Assembly (NCBI GenBank): GCA_002297935.1
Contig: DBLC01000097.1
Span: 13,156 to 77,155, forward strand
Reading direction: 5' to 3'
Length of the DNA stretch: 64,000 nucleotides
Origin: Dialister sp. UBA734
GTDB taxonomy: Bacteria > Bacillota > Negativicutes > Veillonellales > Dialisteraceae
Shown: positions 1-11,425 of the stretch, in pieces
Layout: each line of letters begins with the position of its first letter
Numbering within the stretch: the stretch's first letter is position 1
Made by a program: the position numbers and the translations under genes
The notes under the pieces: model-generated
What the model was told of the DNA's origin: nothing
Database searches by the model: none
The model's input: only the letters and a program-made list of their open reading frames with translations

Positions 1-2181
1 CCCAGGCAGAAGGAAGCGGTGATGACCACCGAAGGGCCGGTTCTGATTATGGCCGGCGCGGGGTCTGGCAAGACCAAAGCGTTGACTTGCCGCATTGCTT
101 ACATGCTGGAACAGGGCATTTATCCAGGAGAAATCCTGGCCATTACCTTTACCAATAAAGCGGCCAAGGAAATGCGGGAGCGTGTCAACAATTTAGTGGG
201 CCCGCAAGCAGAAAAAATTTGGCTGCACACCTTCCATTCCTTTGGGGTTCGGTTCCTCAGAAGAGAAATCAAAAGCTATCCGCCGTACACGGACCGTTTT
301 ACCATTTATGATTCCGACGATTCCAAAACGTTGGTGAAGAATGTGCTCAAAGAGCTCAATCTGGATGATAAAACGTTCCAGCCCAATGCGATGCAGAATC
401 ATATTTCCAATGCGAAGAACCAGCTCATGGGACCGAAAGAATTCCGTGCCCACGCAGGCAGCAATTTCTTCGCCCAGAAAGTGGCCGATGTGTATGATCT
501 CTATGACAAACACATGAAAGAAAACAACGCCTTGGATTTCGACGATTTGCTTTTTATCACCACCAAGCTGCTGTCTGTTGAAACCATTCGTAAGCGTTGG
601 CAGGACCGTTTCCATTACATTCTGATTGACGAATACCAGGATACGAACCATGCTCAGTACTTGATGGCCAAATATATCGCAGGAAAAACACAGAATATTT
701 GCGTCGTCGGCGATGCAGACCAGAGTATTTACTCCTGGCGTGGGGCCGATCTTAGAAATATCATGGACTTCCAGAAGGATTATCCCCAGGCGAAAGTGAT
801 CAAGCTGGAACAGAACTATCGCTCCACCCAGGTGATTCTTGACGCCGCCAATGCGGTGATTCAGAACAATCCAGACCGTCCGTCGAAACGTCTGTGGACA
901 GAAAATAACACCGGCAGTCACTTGAAACACTACACCGCCCAGGATGAACATAGCGAAGCGGAATTCATTATCAACACCATGAAACGGGAACATGATGTGA
1001 ATCATCGTCCCTACGGCGATATGGCGGTATTGTATCGCATGAATGCCCAGTCCCGTGTAATCGAAGAAAGTCTGGTCAGAAAAGGCATCGGCTACACCAT
1101 GGTGGGCGGTACCCGCTTCTATGACCGGGCAGAAATCCGAGACATGCTGGCCTATCTGAAAGTGATTAACAATTTCAGAGATAACATCAGCCTGGCCCGC
1201 ATCATCAATGTGCCGAAACGAGGCATTGGCGCCACCACGGTGCAGAAACTGATGGACTATGCCAATGAAGGCGGCATGTCCATGTTTGAAGGCATCATGG
1301 GCGTGGAAGGAAGTTCTATTTCTTCGGCGGCCCAGCAGAAATTACAGAAATTTTCTGCCATGATTTTTGAATTTCTCAATGCGTCCTCAGAAATGAATGT
1401 CTTTGAATTGATTCAAAAAATCATGACCGACACGAAATATGTGGACCAGCTCCATGAGAGCAAAGACCCGCAGGCCCAGAGCCGAGAAGAAAACTTAGGG
1501 GAACTTCTTTCTGTAGCAAAGGATTTCACAGAAGAACAACCAGACGGTGGACTTCCGGAATTTTTGGAAAAAGTGGCCCTAGTCAATGACGTGGATAATT
1601 ACCAAGGGGAAGATGACCGGGTGACACTGATGACCATTCACAGTGCCAAAGGGTTGGAATTCCCACTGGTTTTCCTGCCTGGTATGGATGAAGGCATTTT
1701 CCCCGGCGTTCGTTCACTCATGGACGAATCAGCCCTGGAAGAAGAACGCCGTCTGTGCTATGTAGCCATCACTCGTGCCAAAGAACAACTCTATTTATCC
1801 AATGCTCACATGCGTACCATGTATGGCCAGATGAAACCCTACATGCCTAGCCGTTTCCTGGACGAAATTCCGGCGGACTTGATGGATCCTATCGTGACCG
1901 ATGCAGAAAAGCAGCACCAGCAAATGATGCAGCGCCGCAGAAATGAACAGCGAAGCCGACTAGCTCTGTCAGAAACCACGGTGGTGAACAAGCCCAAGAA
2001 AAACAGTGTGAAAGCCCGGTACGACTGGCAAGTGGGCGATATCGCCTCCCATACCATGTGGGGCAAAGGCAAAGTCATTGCGGTCATTGGAAAAGATACC
2101 AAGATGATGCTGAAAATTGAATTTCCAGGAAATAAAATTCGTCAGGTCATGGTCGCTTTTGCACCGATTACAAAGGGGTAG
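1..2181 (+). CDS. pcrA: ATP-dependent DNA helicase PcrA/UvrD family (5' end cut by window edge)
   Basis: Frame open from nt 1 (PRQKEAVMTTEGPVLIMAGAGSGKT). SF1 helicase motifs in translation: AGAGSGKT, DEYQDTN, QNYRST, TIHSAKGLEFP, VAITRAK. Confidence 0.9.
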   Translation, partial: PRQKEAVMTTEGPVLIMAGAGSGKTKALTCRIAYMLEQGIYPGEILAITFTNKAAKEMRERVNNLVGPQAEKIWLHTFHSFGVRFLRREIKSYPPYTDRFTIYDSDDSKTLVKNVLKELNLDDKTFQPNAMQNHISNAKNQLMGPKEFRAHAGSNFFAQKVADVYDLYDKHMKENNALDFDDLLFITTKLLSVETIRKRWQDRFHYILIDEYQDTNHAQYLMAKYIAGKTQNICVVGDADQSIYSWRGADLRNIMDFQKDYPQAKVIKLEQNYRSTQVILDAANAVIQNNPDRPSKRLWTENNTGSHLKHYTAQDEHSEAEFIINTMKREHDVNHRPYGDMAVLYRMNAQSRVIEESLVRKGIGYTMVGGTRFYDRAEIRDMLAYLKVINNFRDNISLARIINVPKRGIGATTVQKLMDYANEGGMSMFEGIMGVEGSSISSAAQQKLQKFSAMIFEFLNASSEMNVFELIQKIMTDTKYVDQLHESKDPQAQSREENLGELLSVAKDFTEEQPDGGLPEFLEKVALVNDVDNYQGEDDRVTLMTIHSAKGLEFPLVFLPGMDEGIFPGVRSLMDESALEEERRLCYVAITRAKEQLYLSNAHMRTMYGQMKPYMPSRFLDEIPADLMDPIVTDAEKQHQQMMQRRRNEQRSRLALSETTVVNKPKKNSVKARYDWQVGDIASHTMWGKGKVIAVIGKDTKMMLKIEFPGNKIRQVMVAFAPITKG

Positions 2182-2392
2182 ATGGTGACTAGTGACTGGT
2201 AGCTAGACCCTGGGAAATATACCACGATACCCGTTGTGTCACAGCTTTTAGCTGCTGGCTACTAGCCGGCTAGAAGCCAGCAGCTAAAAGCTAGTCGCTA
2301 CGATACTAGCGAAATGAATGACTTCCTAATCTCTAGGGCCTAATCCCTAGCTACTAGATTGCCTATCGTTTTGATGGATAGTTGTATTCCCA
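2182..2392. repeat. Complex palindromic intergenic element downstream of pcrA
   Basis: Perfect 17-bp inverted repeat AGCTTTTAGCTGCTGGC (2243-2259) / GCCAGCAGCTAAAAGCT (2276-2292). Its loop contains the palindrome CTAGCCGGCTAG. Flanks are stop-codon-rich words (tagtgactggtagctag; ctagggcctaatccctagctactag) that recur after ligA. Confidence 0.7.
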
Positions 2393-2398
2393 TAATAA

Positions 2399-4414
<2,016 letters not shown>

Positions 4415-4578
4415 GGGATTAGGGATTAGTAGCTAGGCCCTAGGAAATAAGGTTCTAAGGGTACTAAGGGTTCTTAGGGTACTAAGGTTCTCACACATTC
4501 GAGAAATCTAAGAACCCTTAGTACCCTAAGCAACCTGTGCCGACAACCAACAAACAACTAATACCCAACAACGAAGCA
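4415..4578. repeat. Tandem-9-mer hairpin element plus caacaac-word half element downstream of ligA
   Basis: ggttctaag/ggtactaag/ggttcttag 9-nt words (4451-4490) pair with their reverse complement tctaagaacccttagtaccctaag (4508-4531) around a cacattcgag core. Followed by gacaaccaacaaacaactaa words. Confidence 0.7.
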
Positions 4579-4627
4579 CTTTATGATATAATTAATTTGT
4601 GAAATCAATATATAAAGGAGACTACAC

Positions 4628-5050
4628 ATGAGCAACTTAAACAAAAAAGTCAAAGTACACTATGAAGGCACATTTAACGATGGCACCAAATTTGATTCCT
4701 CCTATGACAGAGGACAGCCATTAGAATTTACCTGCGGTGCGGGTCAGATGATTAAGGGATTTGATAAAGCCGTAGAAGACATGGAAGTGGGCGATGTGAA
4801 GAACGTTCACCTGATGCCAGAAGAAGCCTATGGTATGCCGGACCCAAGAAATATTTTCACCATTCCACAGAAACAGCTGCCTGGCTGCGAAGAACTGGAA
4901 ATTGGTGCTAAAGTGTTCCTCAATGGACCTATGGGTCGCTTCCCTGTAGTGGTCAAAGATAAGACCGAAGATACCATTACCTTTGATGCGAACAGTGAAA
5001 TGGCCGGTAAGGAACTGAATTTCAAAATCGAATTGGTAGAAGTAAAATAA
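4628..5050 (+). CDS. FKBP-type peptidyl-prolyl cis-trans isomerase (short SlyD-like form)
   Basis: 140 aa. VKVHYEGTFNDGTKFDSSYDRGQPLEFTCGAGQMIKGFD is a typical FKBP core. SD aaaggag upstream. Confidence 0.85.
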   Translation: MSNLNKKVKVHYEGTFNDGTKFDSSYDRGQPLEFTCGAGQMIKGFDKAVEDMEVGDVKNVHLMPEEAYGMPDPRNIFTIPQKQLPGCEELEIGAKVFLNGPMGRFPVVVKDKTEDTITFDANSEMAGKELNFKIELVEVK

Positions 5051-5208
5051 CTGCTGATTGAATCGATATTTCCCTAATTTAGTAGCTACTCGTTAATCAT
5101 ATAGCCATTATTTATCGGGAAATATGGCATACAAGCACAAATGAACAGTGCACAGATTTATACGGGTTTTGGCAAATATCCTTGCATCGATTTTATTTTC
5201 TATAAAAA

Positions 5209-5289
5209 GGGGGTATTGGGGCGCTTCTAAATTTTGTGCGCCCCTTCCATCACTACGCACTTCGCACTACTCACTACGCACTTTTTACG
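5209..5289 (+). repeat. About 80-bp intergenic repeat, family A (GC hairpin plus CACTACG heptamer tail), copy 1
   Basis: gggtattGGGGCGCttctaaattttgtGCGCCCCttccatcactacgcacttcgcactactcactacgcac. Near-identical copy at 57655-57733, split copy at 11097-11272, tail-only copy at 8366-8402. Confidence 0.8.
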
Positions 5290-5433
5290 TAAAACGAATT
5301 AACAAGCAGCCACTTATTTATATCCACAGGAACAAGGCAGACTATGTATATATTTTTTATGCATGGTCTGCCTTTTTCTGTTTTTATGTTATAATGTAAA
5401 AGGCGATTTTGAAATTTCAATTATACGAGGTGA

Positions 5434-6312
5434 ATGATTTTGCGTACCAATACTATACAGCATTATTTAAGTGCCGATGGGATTCGTCTCACTGTGGCAG
5501 ATACATCTCATGCATCGGAAGAGACAGAAGCGATCCATCATTTGCCGCCGCTTTCTGCGATGATTCTTTCCAAAGCATTGACCGGCGCTGCGATTCTGAT
5601 CAATGATTTTAAGAACCATGAAGGAATTACCTTCAAATGGACCACCGGAAGTCCCCTGGGGGATATCCACATCGATGCCTATGACGGACAGTTCATTCGT
5701 GGTTTCTTGGACCATCCGGAAGCAGGCATTGGTCTTCCCTGCGACAGTGCCCACGAGGCAGCCTTGGTGAGTACCCAGGGACAGTTATTTGTGACTCGCT
5801 ATTCTCTTCTGAAGACCCCCTATACCAGTGCGGTCAATTTGCACCAGGAAGATATTTCTGCCTGCCTTACAGAATATCTGAATACGTCGGAACAGACCTT
5901 GTCTGCGGTCAAGCTGGATGTGACAACCACGCCAGCAGGGGATATCCTTCGTTCTGCTGGATTCTTGGCACAGCTCATGCCAGGAGGAAATATGGCAAAA
6001 TTTGCGGAACTGTTCCGTGATTTAGATGCATGGAATCCCACATTAGACGATGCAGAAGAGGGGTCTTTACAAAAATTACTGGTAGCCGGGAAATTTGAAC
6101 TTTTGAAAGATGGTCCTCTTTCTTTCCGTTGCACTTGCAGTGAAGAACGAATCAAGACGACACTTTTGTCTTTGCCGGAATCAGAACAGCTTCATTTACT
6201 GGAAGATGAATCTTTAGAAATTGTTTGTCCCTATTGTGACAAGAAATATACCATTGAGAGAGATACCTTGAAGAAATGGATGGACCAAGCGAAAGGAGCG
6301 TATGTACAATGA
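5434..6312 (+). CDS. hslO: Hsp33 redox-regulated chaperone
   Basis: 292 aa. C-terminal zinc centre CxC...CxxC (CTCSEE...CPYCDKKY) typical of Hsp33. Confidence 0.85.
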   Translation: MILRTNTIQHYLSADGIRLTVADTSHASEETEAIHHLPPLSAMILSKALTGAAILINDFKNHEGITFKWTTGSPLGDIHIDAYDGQFIRGFLDHPEAGIGLPCDSAHEAALVSTQGQLFVTRYSLLKTPYTSAVNLHQEDISACLTEYLNTSEQTLSAVKLDVTTTPAGDILRSAGFLAQLMPGGNMAKFAELFRDLDAWNPTLDDAEEGSLQKLLVAGKFELLKDGPLSFRCTCSEERIKTTLLSLPESEQLHLLEDESLEIVCPYCDKKYTIERDTLKKWMDQAKGAYVQ

Positions 6313-7103
6313 AAAAGTTAGCTTTTATCGGTGGCACAGGGGTGTATGATCCAGTGCTTTTGGATCATGTCACTGAACATGTCATTGATACCCCTTATGG
6401 GCAAGCTAAATATGAATCTGGCTTTTTTGAAGGAAAAGAAATCATTCATCTGGCGCGCCATGGGCTGCATCATACCATTCCGCCTCACAAAATTAACTAT
6501 CGGGCCAATATTTTTGCCCTGAAAATGTTGGGCGTAGGTGCTGTGGTAACCACCACTGCGGTGGGGTCTTTGAATCCAGAATATAAGCCAGGGGAATTGG
6601 TGCTGATTGACCAGTTCATTGATATGACCAAATCCAGAATCGGCACCTTCTTTGACGGAGAACGATACGGGGTAGCTCATATCGATATGACCCATCCCTA
6701 TTGTGAATCCCTGCGCCAGGCTGTTTTAGCGGCCGGAAAGAAAGAGGGCATCACCGTGCATCCTCATGGGACCTATATTTGCACCGAAGGACCTCGTTTT
6801 GAAACCCCCGCAGAAATCAAAGCCTATCGCATGTGGGGTGCTGATGTAGTGGGCATGACCAATGCGCCGGAATGTCAGCTGGCTAGAGAAGCAGAAATTT
6901 GCTATGCCACCATTTCCATGGTGACCAATTTCGCTGCTGGCATTACAGACCAGGAACTGACCCATCAGGAAGTGCTGGATTGTATGCATGACAATTCCAA
7001 AAATATGATGCGTATTGTGACTGATTTGTTCACCAGCTATGACGTAGACAAAGACTGCCACTGCCGCCATGCCGCAGAAGCCTTTGGAGGGTTTAAGGTA
7101 TGA
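6309..7103 (+). CDS. mtnP: S-methyl-5'-thioadenosine phosphorylase (PNP/MTAP family)
   Basis: Start MKKLAFIGGTGVYD at 6309 (ATGA overlap with hslO stop). PNP-family segments GMTNAPECQLAREAEICYA. The ORF-track start at 6276 has no SD. Confidence 0.82.
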   Translation: MKKLAFIGGTGVYDPVLLDHVTEHVIDTPYGQAKYESGFFEGKEIIHLARHGLHHTIPPHKINYRANIFALKMLGVGAVVTTTAVGSLNPEYKPGELVLIDQFIDMTKSRIGTFFDGERYGVAHIDMTHPYCESLRQAVLAAGKKEGITVHPHGTYICTEGPRFETPAEIKAYRMWGADVVGMTNAPECQLAREAEICYATISMVTNFAAGITDQELTHQEVLDCMHDNSKNMMRIVTDLFTSYDVDKDCHCRHAAEAFGGFKV

Positions 7104-8155
7104 GCCAATCGTTACAATCTCTTTCTTGGGAAGGGGATCACCTTAAATTATTGGACCAGACCAAACTGCCCACAGAACTGACCTATCTATCCTGCCAAGA
7201 TTACAAAAGTGTAGCCGAAGCCATTCGCGTCCTGGCAGTCCGGGGGGCCCCGGCCATTGGGGTAGCGGCTGCCTATGCGGTGGTCCTGGCCTATAGGGAA
7301 TGCCAAAAGACAGCTGCCAGCTTGGAAGCACTGGATATTTCCTTCCAAGAAGCCTGTGATTTCATTTGCCATGCCCGGCCTACCGCAGTGAATCTGTCTT
7401 GGGCAGTGCACCAGATGGAAGACGTTTACAAAACGACTCCTTCTGGGGAAGTGGAAAAGGCTCTTTTGAAGAGAGCCCAAGAAATTGAAGCCGAAGATGT
7501 TCACACATGCCGGTCCATTGGAAAAAATGGAGCCGACCTGTTTGAGGGAAAGAAACATCTTCACATCCTGACCCATTGCAATACCGGTGCCTTAGCTACG
7601 GCCGGTATCGGTACCGCTTTCGGTGTCATTGCGACACTCCACGAAAGAGGGCAAATCGACTGCGTCTATGCCGATGAAACCAGACCGCTACTGCAAGGCA
7701 GCCGTTTGACGGCGACGGAACTGATGGCAGGTCATATTCCTTGCTGTCTCATTGCAGACGATATGGCCGCTTCAGTGATGAAGTTGAAACATATCGATGC
7801 CATCATTGTGGGAGCTGACCGCATTGCAGCCAATGGGGATACAGCCAATAAAATTGGCACCTATGGACTGGCAGTGATGGCGCAGTACCATCACATTCCG
7901 TTCTATATCGCAGCACCGTTCTCGACGTTTGACTTTTCGATTCAGACCGGAGAAGAGATTGTCATTGAAGAAAGAAATCCAGAAGAAATCCGGAAAATCA
8001 ATGGCATCTATTCCGCTCCCGTCGATGTACCTGTCTATAATCCTGCCTTTGATGTGACCCCAGCCACTTTGATTTCCGGCATCATCACAGAAAAAGGCGT
8101 ACTGAAACCGCCGTTTACGCAGTCCATCGCTGCGTATCAAGCGATGTTGAAATAA
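7100..8155 (+). CDS. mtnA: Methylthioribose-1-phosphate isomerase (eIF-2B alpha/beta/delta-like)
   Basis: 351 aa. LAVRGAPAIGVAAAY, TRPLLQGSRLTA and GADRIAANGDTANKIGTY are typical MtnA/eIF2B-like blocks. ATGA overlap with mtnP. Confidence 0.88.
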   Translation: MSQSLQSLSWEGDHLKLLDQTKLPTELTYLSCQDYKSVAEAIRVLAVRGAPAIGVAAAYAVVLAYRECQKTAASLEALDISFQEACDFICHARPTAVNLSWAVHQMEDVYKTTPSGEVEKALLKRAQEIEAEDVHTCRSIGKNGADLFEGKKHLHILTHCNTGALATAGIGTAFGVIATLHERGQIDCVYADETRPLLQGSRLTATELMAGHIPCCLIADDMAASVMKLKHIDAIIVGADRIAANGDTANKIGTYGLAVMAQYHHIPFYIAAPFSTFDFSIQTGEEIVIEERNPEEIRKINGIYSAPVDVPVYNPAFDVTPATLISGIITEKGVLKPPFTQSIAAYQAMLK

Positions 8156-8164
8156 GGGAATACA

Positions 8165-8311
8165 GGTTTCTCAGGCTGCTCAGGTTTCTAAGGTTACTCA
8201 GGTTACTCAAGTTTCTTAGGTTCCCCGAATGAGATGATAACGCTAGCGTTTATTGGCACATTCGAGGAACCTGAGCAACCTTAGCAACTTGAGTAACCTG
8301 AGTAACCTGTG
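8165..8311. repeat. Tandem-9-mer long hairpin element downstream of mtnA
   Basis: Left arm ggtttctca/ggctgctca/ggtttctaa/ggttactca/ggttactca/agtttctta. About 45-nt loop holding cgaatg...cacattcg. Right arm is the reverse complement (tgagcaacc/ttagcaact/tgagtaacc/tgagtaacc). Confidence 0.75.
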
Positions 8312-8365
8312 TCCTCTAGCCAAGTCATACTTACTGGCTCAAATCCTTAACTTAACAGCATTGCC

Positions 8366-8402
8366 TTCCACCATTACGCACCACGCACTTCGCATTACGC
8401 AT
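8366..8402 (+). repeat. Family A heptamer tail only (ccaccattacgcaccacgcacttcgcattacgca)
   Basis: Matches the CACTACG-type tandem heptamer tail of the 5209 and 57655 copies but lacks the GC hairpin. Confidence 0.55.
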
Positions 8403-8435
8403 TATTTACACAACACCGAAAGGAGAATATTTTCT

Positions 8436-9680
8436 ATGAGTGAATCTATGATTCGTGATATTTCCCTGGCTGATGAAGGCATTCAGCGCATCCAGTGGGT
8501 TGAAAAATTTATGCCTGCCCTGAATGCCCTTCGGGAAGATTTCATCAAAGACCAGACATTCAAAGGCAAGACTATCGTGATGTCCATTCATTTGGAAGCG
8601 AAAACCGCATACCTGGCCCTGACGCTCCAGGCAGCCGGTGCCCATGTGATTGCCACTGGCAGCAATCCGCTTTCCACACAGGATCCGATTGCCGCTGGTT
8701 TGGTGAAGAAAGGCGTCACCGTCTATGCATGGCACGGCTGCACCGAAGAAGAATATTTCATGTTCCTCAATAAAGCCTTGGACCATATGCCAGATATCAT
8801 TATCGATGATGGGGGCGACCTGGTTCACCTGCTTCATACCACCAGAAAAGATGCCCAGAAAAACCTCATTGGCGGTTCCGAAGAAACAACCACTGGTGTA
8901 TATCGCTTGAAGATTCTGGAAAAAGAAAATAAACTGGAATTCCCGATGATTGCGGTCAATGATTCCTATTGCAAATACCTTTTTGATAACCGCTATGGTA
9001 CCGGCCAGTCAGCTTGGGATGGCATCATTCGCAGCACCAACTTGACTGTCACTGGCAAGACTGCGGTCATTGCCGGCTATGGCTGGTGCGGTAAAGGCTG
9101 CGCTATGCGTGCCAAAGGTTTGGGCGCCCATGTGATTGTGACAGAAGTGGACCCCATCAAAGCCATTGAAGCCGTTATGGATGGATTTGAAGTGATGCCT
9201 ATGGCAGAAGCCGCTAAGGTAGGGGATATTTTCCTCACCGTTACCGGAGATATCGATATCATCACAGAAAAACATTTCCTGGCAATGAAAGATGGGGCCA
9301 TTTGTGCCAATGCGGGACACTTTGATTGCGAAGTCAGCCGCAAGGATCTGGAACGAATTTGCACATCCCATTACGAAGCTAGAAAGAACATCGAAGGCTA
9401 CGTGCTGCCTAATGGTAAGACCGTATTCCTCATGGCAGAAGGCCGCTTGGTCAACTTGGCTGCTGGGGACGGACATCCGGCAGAAATTATGGACCTTTCT
9501 TTTGCTATGCAGAGCTTGGCTGCCCGCTACCTGCTGCAGCACGGCAGCGATATGAAGCCGGCAGTGTATACACTGCCTCATGAATTGGACACCAAAGTGG
9601 CATCGATCAAATTGGCCTCTATGGGTTACACCATCGATACTTTGACAGACGCACAGAAGAAATATTTGGGATTAGACTAA
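8436..9680 (+). CDS. ahcY: Adenosylhomocysteinase (short, about 415-aa type)
   Basis: ATG 8436 with SD aaaggag. NAD-binding GYGWCGKG; HFDCE and EGRLVNL blocks. The longer ORF-track start (8253) only reads through the 9-mer repeat (SNLSNLSNL). Confidence 0.88.
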   Translation: MSESMIRDISLADEGIQRIQWVEKFMPALNALREDFIKDQTFKGKTIVMSIHLEAKTAYLALTLQAAGAHVIATGSNPLSTQDPIAAGLVKKGVTVYAWHGCTEEEYFMFLNKALDHMPDIIIDDGGDLVHLLHTTRKDAQKNLIGGSEETTTGVYRLKILEKENKLEFPMIAVNDSYCKYLFDNRYGTGQSAWDGIIRSTNLTVTGKTAVIAGYGWCGKGCAMRAKGLGAHVIVTEVDPIKAIEAVMDGFEVMPMAEAAKVGDIFLTVTGDIDIITEKHFLAMKDGAICANAGHFDCEVSRKDLERICTSHYEARKNIEGYVLPNGKTVFLMAEGRLVNLAAGDGHPAEIMDLSFAMQSLAARYLLQHGSDMKPAVYTLPHELDTKVASIKLASMGYTIDTLTDAQKKYLGLD

Positions 9681-9756
9681 AAATAAACATCAGAAAGGGA
9701 GGAGATAGGAAAATGTTTCTATGTCCTCCTTTCCATTATAGTAAAAGAGGAATCTT

Positions 9757-11067
9757 ATGAAAACACTGATAAAAAATGTCGCCCTGTATCAGCAGGGAGC
9801 TGTTACAGAAAATCAGAACATCCTGATTGAAGATACCAAAATCATCGATTTTCCAAAAGACACAGAGCAGCTGGCCTGTGATGAAATCATCGATGGGAAA
9901 GGCATGCTGGCTCTTCCAGGATTGGTAAATACCCATACCCATGTGGCTATGACCCTTTTCAGAAGCTATGCAGATGATATGGAACTCATGGACTGGCTGC
10001 AGAACAAAATCTGGCCCGCCGAAGACCACCTGGATGATGATATCGTGTACTGGGGCAGTATGCTGGCCTTTGCGGAAATGATTCGTGGCGGCACCACCGC
10101 TTTCTGCGATATGTACATGTTCATGGATTCCTGCGCCCAGGCTGCTGATAAAGCAGGCATTCGCGGCAACCTGGCCCGCGGCTTGGCTGGTATCAGCCCC
10201 AATGCACAAACTGGCCTCAAAGAAAATATTGCACTCTTCCAGAAATGGAATGGAGCAGGGGACGGGCGCTTCAAAGTCATGTTGGGACCTCACGCTCCCT
10301 ATACCTGCCCACCAGACTATATCAAACAAGTACGGGATGTGGGAGAAAAATACGGGATTCCGATTCACATCCATCTTTCCGAAACCAAAGGGGAAGTGGA
10401 AAACTGCCTGAAAGAATATGGAAAAACCCCAATTGCCCTGATGAATGACCTGGGTCTCTTCGACCTGCCGACCTTGGCCGCTCACTGCGTTCATGTGACC
10501 GACGAAGACATTGCCATTATGAAAGAAAAGCACGTCTGCGTGGCCCATAACCCGGGCTCTAACCTGAAACTGGCTTCCGGCATTGCACCGGTTACGAAAA
10601 TGAGAAAAGCCGGAGTCACCGTAGGCTTAGGAACCGATGGGGCTTCCAGCAATAATAAACTGGATATGTTCGCCGAAATGCGCCTGGCTGCGCTGATTCA
10701 TAAAGCCAATACCTATGATCCTTTTGCCATCACCGCCAATGAAGCCTTGGAAATGGGGACCGTAGAAGGCGCCAAATGCCTAGGTTATGATAACTTAGGA
10801 AAACTGGAAAAAGACTGCCTGGCAGATATCATCCTGGTGGACCGCTCCGGCTTCCACTGGCATCCGAAGTTTGACAGCATTTCCCTGGCTGTATACGCAG
10901 GGAACTCCATGGATGTAGATACAGTCCTGATCAATGGCAAAGTGGTGATGCGCCATAAAGAACTGACTACCATTGATACAGAAAAACTCTACGCCGAAGT
11001 GAGCCGCGTAACAGATAAATTGTATGCCTTCACCAAAGAACCGACCCAGGGACAAGGCGGTATGTAA
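9757..11067 (+). CDS. mtaD: 5-methylthioadenosine / S-adenosylhomocysteine deaminase (amidohydrolase)
   Basis: 436 aa. Metal-binding HTHVAMT, later HLSET and GTDGASSNN blocks typical of MtaD/guanine-deaminase-like amidohydrolases. Confidence 0.8.
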   Translation: MKTLIKNVALYQQGAVTENQNILIEDTKIIDFPKDTEQLACDEIIDGKGMLALPGLVNTHTHVAMTLFRSYADDMELMDWLQNKIWPAEDHLDDDIVYWGSMLAFAEMIRGGTTAFCDMYMFMDSCAQAADKAGIRGNLARGLAGISPNAQTGLKENIALFQKWNGAGDGRFKVMLGPHAPYTCPPDYIKQVRDVGEKYGIPIHIHLSETKGEVENCLKEYGKTPIALMNDLGLFDLPTLAAHCVHVTDEDIAIMKEKHVCVAHNPGSNLKLASGIAPVTKMRKAGVTVGLGTDGASSNNKLDMFAEMRLAALIHKANTYDPFAITANEALEMGTVEGAKCLGYDNLGKLEKDCLADIILVDRSGFHWHPKFDSISLAVYAGNSMDVDTVLINGKVVMRHKELTTIDTEKLYAEVSRVTDKLYAFTKEPTQGQGGM

Positions 11068-11096
11068 TCGCTAAGCATTACATCGCTTTTGCGAGA

Positions 11097-11272
11097 AAAA
11101 TGCGTAGTGAGTAGTGCGAAGTGGTGGAAATTGTACCGTTAGGTTTTGAATAACATTAGTATTCAATCTGCTGGTGCAGCCCCCTCTGCCTTCGGCATCT
11201 CCCCCAATGGGGGCGATAAAAAAGGTGTAAACTTATTTACGCACAAAATTTAGAAGCGCCCCAATACCCCTC
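11097..11272 (-). repeat. Family A repeat, reverse orientation, interrupted by about 110 bp
   Basis: Tail tgcgtagtgagtagtgcgaagtggtggaa (11101-11129) and hairpin half cgcacaaaatttagaagcgccccaataccc (11240-11269) are separated by unrelated DNA that carries a CCCCCAATGGGGG hairpin. Confidence 0.6.
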
Positions 11273-11425
11273 TTATTTTATTTTACAATGTGCAGAACAT
11301 TCTTTCTTTTGAGCGAATTGGATTTCAAAAGAAAGAATGTTCTTTTTGTATATTTCGATAAGTATTCTCTAAAAAATGATATAATGATGTTATATAAATC
11401 GAGTTGTAATAATAGGAGACTGCAT

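Noticed and set aside
8165-8311. Possible CRISPR array, suggested by regular short repeats.
   Set aside because: The period is only 9 nt with no spacers. The two halves are reverse complements (a hairpin), and there are no cas genes.
8253-8435. N-terminal extension of the ahcY ORF (MAHSRNLSNLSNLSNL...).
   Set aside because: It reads through the 9-mer tandem-repeat hairpin and the heptamer repeat. A proper SD and ATG at 8436 give a normal-length enzyme.
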